Shown: piece by piece, positions 34,790 through 44,562 of the stretch
Layout of the letters: each line of letters opens with the position of its first letter
Numbering within the stretch: the stretch's first letter is position 1
Source: Methanobacteriota archaeon
GTDB taxonomy: Archaea > Thermoplasmatota > Poseidoniia > Poseidoniales > Thalassarchaeaceae
Direction of reading: 5' to 3'
DNA length: 64,000 nt
Assembly: GCA_016845365.1 (NCBI GenBank)
Contig: JAERST010000005.1
Location: 12,846 to 76,845, forward strand
The notes under the pieces: generated by a model
Database searches by the model: none
What the model saw: the letters and a program-made list of their open reading frames with translations, nothing else
What the model was told of the DNA's origin: nothing
Position numbers and translations under genes: made by a program

Positions 34790-37342
34790 TCAGCCCTGTC
34801 TTCTCGCCGAGCGACTTGCGGCTGAGACGATATTCTCGACCAGACGCGGGCTCCATCCTCTTAGGTCGGCGAGTTTATCCTGGTCCTTCTCAGTCAGGGA
34901 TGCTACATCTGCCGCGCTTTCGACACCCAGAAGGTCGGCCATCTCTCTCGCTCTGGTTCGACCTACTCCACGGATGGAAACTAGGCCGAGTAGGTCGGCT
35001 TTGCAACCGTATCGCACCCGCCGGTGTAATTCGTTGACAAACTCGATCAGAGCCTTGTGTTGTCCGGGGTCTAACCTTCGCAATTCTTCGTCATCGGCAA
35101 GAATTTCGCGCATTGCGTAGAGTAACCACTCTGCGAGGTCGACTCGACTTCGGACATCTCCAGGCTGTACGCTCCAATTCTTCTCGAGCTCTTCCATTTT
35201 CGCCTCGTTGATCCAATCTTCGAGCACGAGGATACCCTTCATTCTCCTCTCAAGGTCCGAGTCAAAGGGTTCGGAAAGGAATTCTCTCTGATGGGAATGA
35301 ATCGCGTTGTGAATCCTATCCACCTCATCTTTTCTCGGCCAGAGGGCGAGGAAATCCGGCGTGCATCCAACCATGTGCAGTAGGCTCAGTGGAGAGACTT
35401 GGTGAACATCGTCGGTTCCATTCAGCACGCTCATCGCCCGCTGTAATCCATCGTGAATCATCCGTCCTGAAATCGGATTCAGATAGAGGCGGGCGACACG
35501 GTGGCCCAGCATGGTTGCAGCATAGGTCATCGATGCTGGGTCCGGTAGACTTGGCTCGGCGGTAATGCGTTGGCTAGCCTTAGAGAATCCGAATATTGCT
35601 GGTCCTTTCCTCGGAGTCAAAGCGCTCGGCGAGGATTGCTCGGTTTTGGATACCTCGATACCGGCGAGGTTCTCACTAGTCCTCGCCCATTCCGGCATCT
35701 CGTCCTGCCATTCCTCGGGCTCATCGCCGGCATCCTCGCGTTCTTTGATTCGCGCGAGAACCTCAGAAGATTCACCCTCGCGCGTAATCATTCCATTATG
35801 AGTCAGCCAGCTGATCACATCGTCGAGACGATTGTCGAGCATCTGCCCATCCATGTGAGTGGCGAGGAAGGTCTCAGAAAAGAATCGGGTGACTGCGTCC
35901 CGGTCTCGAATTCCGCCGGTCGCCATTACTGAGAGGAGATGGGTCAGTAGGGCTGGGTCTTCCTCTGCTCTCATTGCAGAGGGATTTGCCAATTTGGAGG
36001 TGACTTCCTCAGGCTCGCTAAGCAAGTACATCTCGACGATATTGAGTTCATCACTCTCATCCTTTGCAAGAATCAATGCATCACCCGAATCATCGTATTT
36101 CGGCCGGCCGGCTCGACCCATCATTTGCCGAATTTCCATGACAGGAAGCGGCATCGAGCCGCCCGCAACCGAACTCCAGCGGCGGTGGTCACGAATGATT
36201 ACACGTCGAGCAGGAAGGTTGACTCCTTGGGCCAGAGTTGGCGTTGCAACAATTGCGAGAAGAGTTCCTTCGCGGAAGGCCTCCTCTACGACTTTCCGCT
36301 GGCTATGTGTGAGTCCTGCGTGATGGAAAGCCACTCCTCCGCGAATGGCTTGGGCGAGTGCCCGACCCATCACCGAAGTATCTTCTCGCCGAGTCATTTT
36401 CTCGGCGATCTCATCCCATTCCTCGGCGAGTTCAGCGCTGTAGCGAATCGAGCCGTCAGACAGCGCCTTGCGGACATGTTTCGAGAGTTCGCGCGCTTCT
36501 TTCTGAGCCGAAGCGCGAGAATTGACGAAGACTAGCATTTGACCTCCTGTTGTCACCGAGTCGTCGAGGACCGATTGCAATCTCCGAGTCGTTCTTCCCT
36601 CGATGGTCCTCGGTTCGGGCCAGACCGTATGGTCCGGGCCGTCGATTCTGTGAATCTTCAGATCGAGGCCGGTTAGTGTCCCCGATTGAAGTTGAATCGG
36701 CCGCCAATCCGATTGAATCAGCCGGGCATCGAGCCAATCTGACATTTTCTCTGCATTGCCGACCGTTGCTGAGAGGGCAATAATTTGGGCATCTGGTTGG
36801 GCGTGGCGGATGCGGGAGAGAAGAATCTCGAGGGTCGGACCTCTGGAGATGTCGTGTAGCAAATGGAATTCATCCGCCACCACAACAGCGATTTTTTCCA
36901 TCAATCCATCTCGTGTTCTCAGCATTGAATCGAGTTTCTCGCTGGTACAAACGAGAATATCCGAATCGTCGATTCCGCTGGTTTCTCCACTGCGATCCCC
37001 AATCGCAATTCCAACCCGTAATCCGACGAGCGATGCGAGTTCGCGCAATTCCTCGACTTTCTCAGTAGCGAGCGCTTTTAGAGGAACGATGTAGAGCGCT
37101 CGCCCACCCTGCAAATCAGTCAATAATCGATGAATCATCGTCAGATGAGCGACGAGTGATTTTCCACTCGCGGTCGGTATTGTCAACATGACATTTCCAC
37201 CCGCGAGCGAGTAAGCCAAAGCCTCGCGCTGAGGTGGAAACAACTCCTCTATACCCCATTCCGAGCCCAAGTGCTCCTTGATGCGCTCGTCGACTGGAAG
37301 GTCGGCGAGAGACACCTCAGGAAGGTCTTCACCAGCGGCCAC
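34790..37342 (-). CDS. hel308: Ski2-like DNA helicase Hel308
   Basis: Motif I PTASGKS, motif II DEFH, ATPTLAQGVNLPARRVIIRD, QMMGRAGRP, and C-terminal winged-helix/ratchet/HhH regions. GTG start at 37342. Confidence 0.9.
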   Translation of the reverse strand: MAAGEDLPEVSLADLPVDERIKEHLGSEWGIEELFPPQREALAYSLAGGNVMLTIPTASGKSLVAHLTMIHRLLTDLQGGRALYIVPLKALATEKVEELRELASLVGLRVGIAIGDRSGETSGIDDSDILVCTSEKLDSMLRTRDGLMEKIAVVVADEFHLLHDISRGPTLEILLSRIRHAQPDAQIIALSATVGNAEKMSDWLDARLIQSDWRPIQLQSGTLTGLDLKIHRIDGPDHTVWPEPRTIEGRTTRRLQSVLDDSVTTGGQMLVFVNSRASAQKEARELSKHVRKALSDGSIRYSAELAEEWDEIAEKMTRREDTSVMGRALAQAIRGGVAFHHAGLTHSQRKVVEEAFREGTLLAIVATPTLAQGVNLPARRVIIRDHRRWSSVAGGSMPLPVMEIRQMMGRAGRPKYDDSGDALILAKDESDELNIVEMYLLSEPEEVTSKLANPSAMRAEEDPALLTHLLSVMATGGIRDRDAVTRFFSETFLATHMDGQMLDNRLDDVISWLTHNGMITREGESSEVLARIKEREDAGDEPEEWQDEMPEWARTSENLAGIEVSKTEQSSPSALTPRKGPAIFGFSKASQRITAEPSLPDPASMTYAATMLGHRVARLYLNPISGRMIHDGLQRAMSVLNGTDDVHQVSPLSLLHMVGCTPDFLALWPRKDEVDRIHNAIHSHQREFLSEPFDSDLERRMKGILVLEDWINEAKMEELEKNWSVQPGDVRSRVDLAEWLLYAMREILADDEELRRLDPGQHKALIEFVNELHRRVRYGCKADLLGLVSIRGVGRTRAREMADLLGVESAADVASLTEKDQDKLADLRGWSPRLVENIVSAASRSARRQG

Positions 37343-37406
37343 GAACCAACTCTGAATCCGCCGTTCTAAAGGATGCCGAGAGGTCCAGCCAGAAAACCCG
37401 TTTAGA

Positions 37407-37418
37407 ACTGAAAGTGAA
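37407..37418. promoter_or_regulatory. ACTGAAAGTGAA copy upstream of hel308
   Basis: Exact 12-mer match to 29753-29764. On the hel308 coding strand it reads TTCACTTTCAGT and ends 67 nt before the GTG start. Confidence 0.45.
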
Positions 37419-37483
37419 GATTAGCTTCTCCACGCAGTCACTCCACCCGGTAAGCTCGCCTAATTGGCCAACCCAACCTATCC

Positions 37484-37960
37484 TCAGTTCCATCGATGGT
37501 AGGCAGGGTGACCTTCCCGAACCGCCACGAACAATCCTTCACCAGTTGCACAGACTTTACCCTCCGCTTCCAACACCATTCTCACAGTCGCCCGGTCTTC
37601 GGAAAGTTCGACCACTTCCGCACTCACATCCAACCGTGCACCAGCCGGAGTAGGTCGCCTCAATTTGATGCTATAATTCGCAGTGACAGTGCACGGCGGC
37701 TCTTCCTCCCCAGCTTGATCCATCAAAGCAATCGCCGCCGTCCAATTTCCATGACAGTCGAGCAGTGCCCCGATTATCCCTCCGTTGACCATCCCAGGGA
37801 ACGCCTGATGCTCAGGCGAGGGCTCGAAGCTCATCAGCAATCCATTCTCGCCCCGGAAAGAACGAATCTGCAACCCATCAGCGTTTGCCGGTCCGCAGCC
37901 GAAGCAGATCGAATTGGGTGCGTGGAGTTCCTGAACCGAGGGTCCGTTTCGCTCGCTCAT
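37484..37960 (-). CDS. PaaI-family hotdog-fold thioesterase
   Basis: CFGCGPANADGLQI..., AFPGMVNGGIIGALLDCHG. Start at ATG 37960 (MSERNGP...). Confidence 0.75.
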   Translation of the reverse strand: MSERNGPSVQELHAPNSICFGCGPANADGLQIRSFRGENGLLMSFEPSPEHQAFPGMVNGGIIGALLDCHGNWTAAIALMDQAGEEEPPCTVTANYSIKLRRPTPAGARLDVSAEVVELSEDRATVRMVLEAEGKVCATGEGLFVAVREGHPAYHRWN

Positions 37961-38103
37961 AACACGCCAAGCGCGCGTGATACTACAACGATTGCCCAGC
38001 AGACCGCTGCCGAATCCTCTTATTGCGCCCGCTCCACAGCCCAGCATTGGTGGATTCCGATAAGACGCCTGACCCCTCTGGCGAGGGGGATGAAAACCCT
38101 CGT

Positions 38104-39408
38104 ATGCCGAGGGCTAAGAGGCGCCGCCATCAACCTCTGAAAGTCTCGAATCAGATTCCACCGCGGCGCCGGAAAGAGATTGAGAAAGCCCTCGAAGAGC
38201 CGAGCACGACCCCGAAGTCGTGGTCGCGCTCGAGCGATTGGAAATCGCACCGAATCGGCCGACGATTGGTGAAACCCGGGACGATTCGACAACTCGAATT
38301 CGATTTGATGGACGTTGAAATTGGTGAATCATGGCCAATTCCGATTACCGTGATTCACGGTTCGCGCCCCGGACCAGTAGTGACTCTAATCGGGGCGCTG
38401 CACGGCAACGAATTGGTCGGACCACTCGCCTTGACCTACCTGCAATCCGCTAGCATCATCGGTGAGGACAAGGCGATTGACCCTGCGACGGTAGCAGGTA
38501 CGATTCGCATCATTCCTATCGTGAACATGCCCGGCTACCGTCGAAGAAACCGCTACATGACCGACGGTCGTGACCTAAACCGATTCTTCCCCGGAAAGCA
38601 AGATTCCAACACGACCTCACGCGTGGCAAATCGGCTTTGGAAGGATCTGTTCTCAACCAGCGACCACATCGTCGATTTGCACACTGCGGCGCTCGGCCGA
38701 ACCAATATGCCACAAATCCGAGCAAATCTCGCCAACCGGCCGAGCAATCGCAGCGCCCGAGCATTCGGAATCGAAGTCATTCTCGATAGCGAGGGGCCGA
38801 AGGGCTCCTTGCGCCGGACAGCCGACGACGCTGGAATCAGTTGCATCACATACGAAGGCGGCGGCGCTGATGAGGCAGACCCTGAATCCATACAAATCGC
38901 GATGTATGGAATTCTCAATGTGCTTCGAAGTCTGAAAGTTATTCCAGGTTATCCGAGCAGACCGCGATTCCGCCTCCTAGCCTCTGGCTCGGTCTGGCTC
39001 CGCTCAGACCACGGCGGCCTGCTCGATGTCCTAACCCCGGCCGGTTCTTGGGTCGAAGAGGGAGAGTTAGTTGCGACGGTCTCTGACCCAGAACACCTAG
39101 GTGTATCGATGGAGATTCGCTCACCGACCGAGGGCTTGCTAATCTGCACTGCAACCCATCCATTCGTCACCACGGGTACGCCAATAGGTCACCTCCTACC
39201 CATCAAGAAGGGTGTGAAGACGGTGAAGCGGCGGCTCGATGATGAGGGTGTTTTGGTGCTCAGCGGGGCTGATGGAGAGCCGCCGTGGCGCGAGGACGAT
39301 GAAATCGAGGATATCTCGGTCGAGGGCGAGTGGGAAGGCGGCTCACCTGACGCAGAATGGGGCGAAAACTTGCGCGCCGCGGCCGAAGAAGAAGCCGACG
39401 AGGCCTGA
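38104..39408 (+). CDS. succinylglutamate desuccinylase/aspartoacylase (AstE/AspA) family zinc carboxypeptidase-like hydrolase
   Basis: GPVVTLIGALHGNE (H-x-x-E zinc site), DLNRFFPG, DLHTA. Start uncertain. ATG 38104 retains the family-typical IGRRLVKPG...IPITVIHG leader but adds a very basic N-terminus. ATG 38308 would truncate it. Confidence 0.75.
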   Translation: MPRAKRRRHQPLKVSNQIPPRRRKEIEKALEEPSTTPKSWSRSSDWKSHRIGRRLVKPGTIRQLEFDLMDVEIGESWPIPITVIHGSRPGPVVTLIGALHGNELVGPLALTYLQSASIIGEDKAIDPATVAGTIRIIPIVNMPGYRRRNRYMTDGRDLNRFFPGKQDSNTTSRVANRLWKDLFSTSDHIVDLHTAALGRTNMPQIRANLANRPSNRSARAFGIEVILDSEGPKGSLRRTADDAGISCITYEGGGADEADPESIQIAMYGILNVLRSLKVIPGYPSRPRFRLLASGSVWLRSDHGGLLDVLTPAGSWVEEGELVATVSDPEHLGVSMEIRSPTEGLLICTATHPFVTTGTPIGHLLPIKKGVKTVKRRLDDEGVLVLSGADGEPPWREDDEIEDISVEGEWEGGSPDAEWGENLRAAAEEEADEA

Positions 39409-39457
39409 GCCTCGATGCCTGAGGCCACCAAGGGTTTCAGCGACGAGGCCTGAGCCT
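39396..39457. repeat. 17-nt direct repeat CGACGAGGCCTGAGCCT spanning the stop codon of the AstE-like gene and recurring 45 nt downstream
   Basis: Copies at 39396-39412 and 39441-39457. Further GCCTGAG(C/G)C copies lie at 39417-39425 and 39462-39470. Confidence 0.8.
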
Positions 39458-39501
39458 AGAAGCCTGAGCCTTGACTTGCAATCAGAGCCCACTCAGCCGG
39501 A

Positions 39502-42500
39502 TCATTCGTCGAACTCGGGAGCCTTCGGCACGCCATCCTCACCGATTTCAGGCGTGTAAGCAACAGACGAAACACCGACCATCGGCGGCTCGTCGCCAGC
39601 CGAATCTTCAGCTGCGACCGGAGCAGCACCAACCATCGGAATCGTGCTACCACCAGCCGATTCACTCGCACTTCTCTGGCTCAGCAAAGCGCTCAGGTCA
39701 GGCGCACTAGGCAATTCGACCGCGCGGTGTTCAGGCGATGCACCGGTCGGGCGTTGGTCGACTCTGAACTCAGCATAGGCATCCGCAATCAGCTTATTTT
39801 CACGGATGCGCATACCGACGACAGCAATCCCACCAACAACCGATAATGCGAGAATAATCAGAACGATGATCCCCATCGTCGAACCGAAGAAGGCAAGGAG
39901 CGATTCTGCAAGGGTCGGCGGTGGGATGTAAACGTCGACATCGACAATCCACTGCAACTTTGTCTCAAATCCAGAATCAGTAACTGTAGCATTGAGGTAT
40001 CGCAATTCGCTACCATCTCCACACAGAATCTTGGCGAGATCCCAATCCCTAGATTCACAATCGATATCGCGAATCGCCAAGCGCTGGCTATTCTCACTCA
40101 GATTTCCAGCGAGAATAACTCCCTCCATCTCCCAAACAATCGTTTTGGAGATTTCGAGAGGAATCCCATGAATTTCGATAGCCAGCGTATCATTCACCGC
40201 ATCCCACCGGACGGTCTCACTCAGAATCGGAGTAGTGAGCATAATGCTCTCGCGGTCAATCGAATCATCGACCACATCATTGCAATCATCGTCCCAGCCA
40301 TTCCACGTCTCAGTGGCATCAGGGTTGATTGAATCGATGAGGTCCTGACAATCCTCGAAGGCGTAGAATCCATCCATGTCTCGGTCGTGATCGTAGACGA
40401 GCGGGTCGGAGCCCTTCTCGTTGACTTCCTTTCCATCACTCATGCCATCCTCATCGGAATCAGCATCGTTCGGGTCGGTCGAGAGATTGTGATATTCGTG
40501 GTAATCTAGCAATCCATCTTGGTCCGTATCGATATCGTGGAAGTCCTCATCCACCTCATCGTCACAATCGTTGTCCTTGGCATCGAGGGACTCCGGCAGT
40601 AGCGGAGCACGCTCAGCATCGTTATCCTCACAATCTTGGAACCAATACCAACCGTCCCCATCATCGTCGGGGTCAGCCCACAGAGGATTCGATTGGTAGG
40701 TATTCACTTCCAATCCATCTGGCAAGCCGTCATCATCGCTATCGCCATCGTACGGGTTGGTCGAGGTATTGTGGAATTCTTCGTAATCATCCAGCCCATC
40801 AGAGTCAGTATCCAAGTCCGAGAAGCCATCATCTACGACCAAATCACAATCATTGTCGATGCCATCAAGCAATTCGGGTAAGGACGGATTCCGGTACTCA
40901 TCATCATCAGCACAATCGAGGAACCAATGGAATCCATCACCATCGGCATCGGGGTCGTAAGTCAATGGATCCGAGCCGTGCGTATTCACCTCGACACCGT
41001 CATCCAAGCCGTCATCATCGGTGTCGGCATCCTCAAAATCAGTCCCGTGAATGTGGTACTCCGGCCAATCTTTCAGCCCGTCGGAGTCCCTATCTGTGAA
41101 ATTGTAACCCTCGTCGATCTCGTCATCACAATCATCGTCGATTCCATTCAATCTCTCGTAAGTCCCGGGATTGACATTCGGATTATTATCGTTGCAATCT
41201 TGGAAATGATAGAACAAATCATTGTCGGCGTCGGGGTCATAGCTCAGAGGATCAGTTCCCCAATAATTCACCTCGACGCCGTCGGACAAGCCGTCATCAT
41301 CGCTATCAGAATCGAGCGGATCGGTTGAATGAGTGTTCAGTTCCTGCTCGTCTGTCAAACCGTCGGTGTCGGAGTCCGCCAAGAGAGGGTTCGTGCCATG
41401 GGTCATGACTTCGTCGTAGTCGGAAAGCCCGTCGTCATCAGTGTCAGAATCGTAGGGGTCAGTGCCGTAAACCAGCGTCTCGTTCTCGTCTGAAAGCCCG
41501 TCATCATCGTGGTCGAAATCGATATCGATTCCATGGAAAATGACCTCCCAAGAGTTCAGCGTCCCGTTCTCGCCCGAATACGTGTCACGCACCTTCAAGG
41601 TCCACTCGCCAAGGCTCGATTCGCCCCAGTGGTGCACCGTATTGAACAACCAATTCGAATAATCGTCATTCCCATCATTGTGGTCCTCGGCCAACCAAGA
41701 TTCGGTCCCATCGGGGGATTCGAGGACGATGTCGAGGTCGCCTCGGTAAGTGTGGTTGATGTCGACGATGACGTCGATGCTTTCGATGCGTAATTCGAGC
41801 GGGACATCGAGAGTAAATTCGGTCCAAGTGCTGTTATCGTCGGGGATGTCCTCGTATTCTACGAAGGGGCCGTAGGTTGCATTGATTTCTGCGTCGAGAG
41901 TTACCCAATTTTCTGCCATCTCGACGGCGGCGCCGGCATCGACGGCGCCGAATCCATACTTGTGAGAGACATCAAAACCCGCTCCATTGGTATTCCATGA
42001 GGTATCGTTGGGGTCATTCTTTCGAGAGGTTTGCACGAGGATTTCTTGCACATCGCGCCACGTGAGATCTTGGTTTGCATCGTACATCAACGCGATGACA
42101 CCGGAGGCTAGTGGGGTTGCGCTAGAAGTGCCTCCGAAGGTATGGGTGACATTGCCTGAACCATTGTATCCCCCACTGCCGGTAATGTCGGTAGTGGTGA
42201 TGCCTTCACCGTCACCATTCGAGTGTGCGGCGACGAGAATATTGGCTCCTGGCTCGGCATAGTAGGATTGGTCGCCTTCGTGGGTAATCGCGGTTACTGC
42301 GATGGTGAATCGGCTATTCGCATAACCGTCCTTGTTTGAGTTATCATCGCTGCCGAGGCCATTTCCTGCAGCCCAAGTGACGGAGTTGCCGAGGCCTCCG
42401 CGTCCACTGTACGCATTGGCCTCGAAGCCTGCGAGAGTCAATGGTCCGGGGCCTGAGAGTGTTGAACCATCGTCGGAAGGCCCCCATGAATTCGAATAGA

Positions 42501-43329
42501 TGTCAATATCATCATTTTCGAAGGTCAGAGCATCTGCTTCTGTGCTATCGCCGGACCAGCAGGCGATGAGGGTGGAGCCGCCGAGGGTTGCTTCCCACGC
42601 GGCTCCCGAGACGTAGAGAGAATTGTTTCCGACTGCGGCGGCCACGCCTGCTGCTGCTGTGCCGTGGCCGTTCCAGCTGCTCGGTGCTGGGTCGGAATCA
42701 TCATTGCACCAATCATAGGAGTAGGATGGGTCGTAATTATCCTCGATATCGGGGTGTTCGTGGTCCAATCCATCATCGACGATGCTGATGATTACGCCTT
42801 CGCCACGGTAGAGATTCCAGATGTCCGTGGCGTTGATGTCCTCTCCGGCCAAGCCGCTGGTTTGGCCGGTATTATTCAGGTGCCATTGGGCAGCAAACTC
42901 GGGGTCATTGGGGTCATCACGAGTTTGCTGTTGGCGCTCGACGAGTGGCGAGAAAGATTCGATTTGGCCGAGTTCGAGCGCCATCTCGAGGTCATTGATT
43001 GCATTCAGTGGCTCATCGAAATGCCAGATGTAGGCACCTCGAAGCACCGGGGCTTCCTCGACCTTTTCCGGGCTGGCAACCGACCAAATTTGCTTCTCGA
43101 GTGGGATTGATGTGACGATTAACCATTCGTGAGTTTGGGCGAGTTGGTCATCTGTGTAACTATCGAGATCCGCGACTCTATCGAATGCGAGTTGTACGGC
43201 TCGCGAATATGTCGGCATGATCGGCTCGCCGTCAATTTCGAGGTCGATTCGAATCTCTTGTTCATCTGTCATTGCCGCGGCGACCGGGCTCAGAAGCATC
43301 AGGACAAGCAACATCGCTGTTGCACGCAT
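39502..43329 (-). CDS. kexin/furin-like subtilase (S8B) with prodomain, P-domain, TSP3-type Ca-binding and Cys-rich MopE-like repeats, C-terminal TM anchor
   Basis: Signal peptide MRATAMLLVLMLLSPVAAA. Catalytic triad blocks: Asp IVDDGLDHEHPDIEDNYDP, His WNGHGTAAAGVAAAVGNN, Ser GGTSSATPLASGVIALM. P-domain is YRGDLDIVLESPDGTESWL...HHWGESSLGEWTLKVRDT. Many DxDxDGLxDxxE repeats alternate with four DC.D....NP......G.D.DCD..VD units. TM is MGIIVLIILALSVVGGIAVVGM. Confidence 0.85.
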   Translation of the reverse strand: MRATAMLLVLMLLSPVAAAMTDEQEIRIDLEIDGEPIMPTYSRAVQLAFDRVADLDSYTDDQLAQTHEWLIVTSIPLEKQIWSVASPEKVEEAPVLRGAYIWHFDEPLNAINDLEMALELGQIESFSPLVERQQQTRDDPNDPEFAAQWHLNNTGQTSGLAGEDINATDIWNLYRGEGVIISIVDDGLDHEHPDIEDNYDPSYSYDWCNDDSDPAPSSWNGHGTAAAGVAAAVGNNSLYVSGAAWEATLGGSTLIACWSGDSTEADALTFENDDIDIYSNSWGPSDDGSTLSGPGPLTLAGFEANAYSGRGGLGNSVTWAAGNGLGSDDNSNKDGYANSRFTIAVTAITHEGDQSYYAEPGANILVAAHSNGDGEGITTTDITGSGGYNGSGNVTHTFGGTSSATPLASGVIALMYDANQDLTWRDVQEILVQTSRKNDPNDTSWNTNGAGFDVSHKYGFGAVDAGAAVEMAENWVTLDAEINATYGPFVEYEDIPDDNSTWTEFTLDVPLELRIESIDVIVDINHTYRGDLDIVLESPDGTESWLAEDHNDGNDDYSNWLFNTVHHWGESSLGEWTLKVRDTYSGENGTLNSWEVIFHGIDIDFDHDDDGLSDENETLVYGTDPYDSDTDDDGLSDYDEVMTHGTNPLLADSDTDGLTDEQELNTHSTDPLDSDSDDDGLSDGVEVNYWGTDPLSYDPDADNDLFYHFQDCNDNNPNVNPGTYERLNGIDDDCDDEIDEGYNFTDRDSDGLKDWPEYHIHGTDFEDADTDDDGLDDGVEVNTHGSDPLTYDPDADGDGFHWFLDCADDDEYRNPSLPELLDGIDNDCDLVVDDGFSDLDTDSDGLDDYEEFHNTSTNPYDGDSDDDGLPDGLEVNTYQSNPLWADPDDDGDGWYWFQDCEDNDAERAPLLPESLDAKDNDCDDEVDEDFHDIDTDQDGLLDYHEYHNLSTDPNDADSDEDGMSDGKEVNEKGSDPLVYDHDRDMDGFYAFEDCQDLIDSINPDATETWNGWDDDCNDVVDDSIDRESIMLTTPILSETVRWDAVNDTLAIEIHGIPLEISKTIVWEMEGVILAGNLSENSQRLAIRDIDCESRDWDLAKILCGDGSELRYLNATVTDSGFETKLQWIVDVDVYIPPPTLAESLLAFFGSTMGIIVLIILALSVVGGIAVVGMRIRENKLIADAYAEFRVDQRPTGASPEHRAVELPSAPDLSALLSQRSASESAGGSTIPMVGAAPVAAEDSAGDEPPMVGVSSVAYTPEIGEDGVPKAPEFDE

Positions 43330-43497
43330 AAGGTCGATTCGCCCTTCTGGGGGTTTTAGCCGTTCCCGGCGCGTGCGCGGGTCCCGCTTCGTGGGAGATT
43401 AGTCTTCACAGGTGCTCACTTCTACTGCTTCGGTGGAAAACAACGAGCCATTCGTGAGAGTCATCACGAGGAATCAATTCCGAAACGCGAATTCAAT

Positions 43498-44472
43498 TCA
43501 GGCTTGTGCTGCCGTGATTCTCCAGTAAAGGAATGGTGCGATTACAATGTACATCAGGACACCATAAACTCCGGCTGGCAGGCTGAGGGTCGACAGGGTT
43601 GCGCCGGCGGCTGGAGCGAGGATTAGTCCGCCGACGGTGATGCCGACGGTCGCATTTTGAATGCCGCTTTCGATGGCGACCGTCGTCGCGCGAACCTCGG
43701 ACAAATCGAGCATGGTCGCGCTCTTCCAACCGATGCCAAGCATCAGTACGTTGAGCAGAATCACAGCTGGGCCCAGAGTTCCGATATTGTCCATCAAGGT
43801 CTGGAACTCGCTGGCGATTGCGGCGAGGACGATGACTACGAAAAGACCAGCCGCTACCTTTCCGACAATGGGTTCGATGCTGTCGGCACGGGCAGGAATC
43901 GCCCGACGAATTCCCATGCCGATTAGGACAGGGACTGTGGTCAGCAAGAACATCGTGATGCCCAGTCCGACAATATCGATGTCTGGAGCTGCCGAACCCA
44001 TGAAATGGTCCATCGAGAAGCCGACGATGAGTGGCAAGGTGATGACAGAAGCCACGCTGACGACCGCGGTGTAAGAAATCGACAGGGCGGTGTCGCCGCC
44101 TGCCAACTTAGCTAGAATGTTCGAAGTGACACCGCCCGGACAACAAGCCAATATCATCAGACCGACCGCCAATTCTCCAGACAAACCAACGGCGGTCGCA
44201 ATAGCAAATCCGACCGCAGGAAGTACCAGCATCTGATTCGTCAAGCCGATTGCAAAGGCCTTGGGTTCGGTCAGAACCAAGCCAAAATCCGCGCCTGTCA
44301 AACCCAATCCGAGTGAGAACATGATGTAGGCCAAAGAGAGTGGAAGCACAACATCGATGATGACATTCGATTCCTCTTCAGCCTCTGCATCATGACTCTC
44401 GGCCATTGTTGGCGAAGCGAGCAGACTGAGCAAAACGAGAGCAGATATGACGGCCAAAGCGTGATTTCTCAT
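43498..44472 (-). CDS. bile acid:sodium symporter (BASS/SBF) family transporter
   Basis: MILACCPGGVTSNILAKLAGGDTALSISYT core block, about 9-10 TM, 324 aa. Confidence 0.8.
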   Translation of the reverse strand: MRNHALAVISALVLLSLLASPTMAESHDAEAEEESNVIIDVVLPLSLAYIMFSLGLGLTGADFGLVLTEPKAFAIGLTNQMLVLPAVGFAIATAVGLSGELAVGLMILACCPGGVTSNILAKLAGGDTALSISYTAVVSVASVITLPLIVGFSMDHFMGSAAPDIDIVGLGITMFLLTTVPVLIGMGIRRAIPARADSIEPIVGKVAAGLFVVIVLAAIASEFQTLMDNIGTLGPAVILLNVLMLGIGWKSATMLDLSEVRATTVAIESGIQNATVGITVGGLILAPAAGATLSTLSLPAGVYGVLMYIVIAPFLYWRITAAQA

Positions 44473-44562
44473 GCCTTGCCAAAGGCGCTGCTCGTGTATA
44501 ATCGTTAGAGTCGGCCCGCGACAGTCTAATCCTATGGCGCGGCTCGGATTCCTCGCTCCGAA

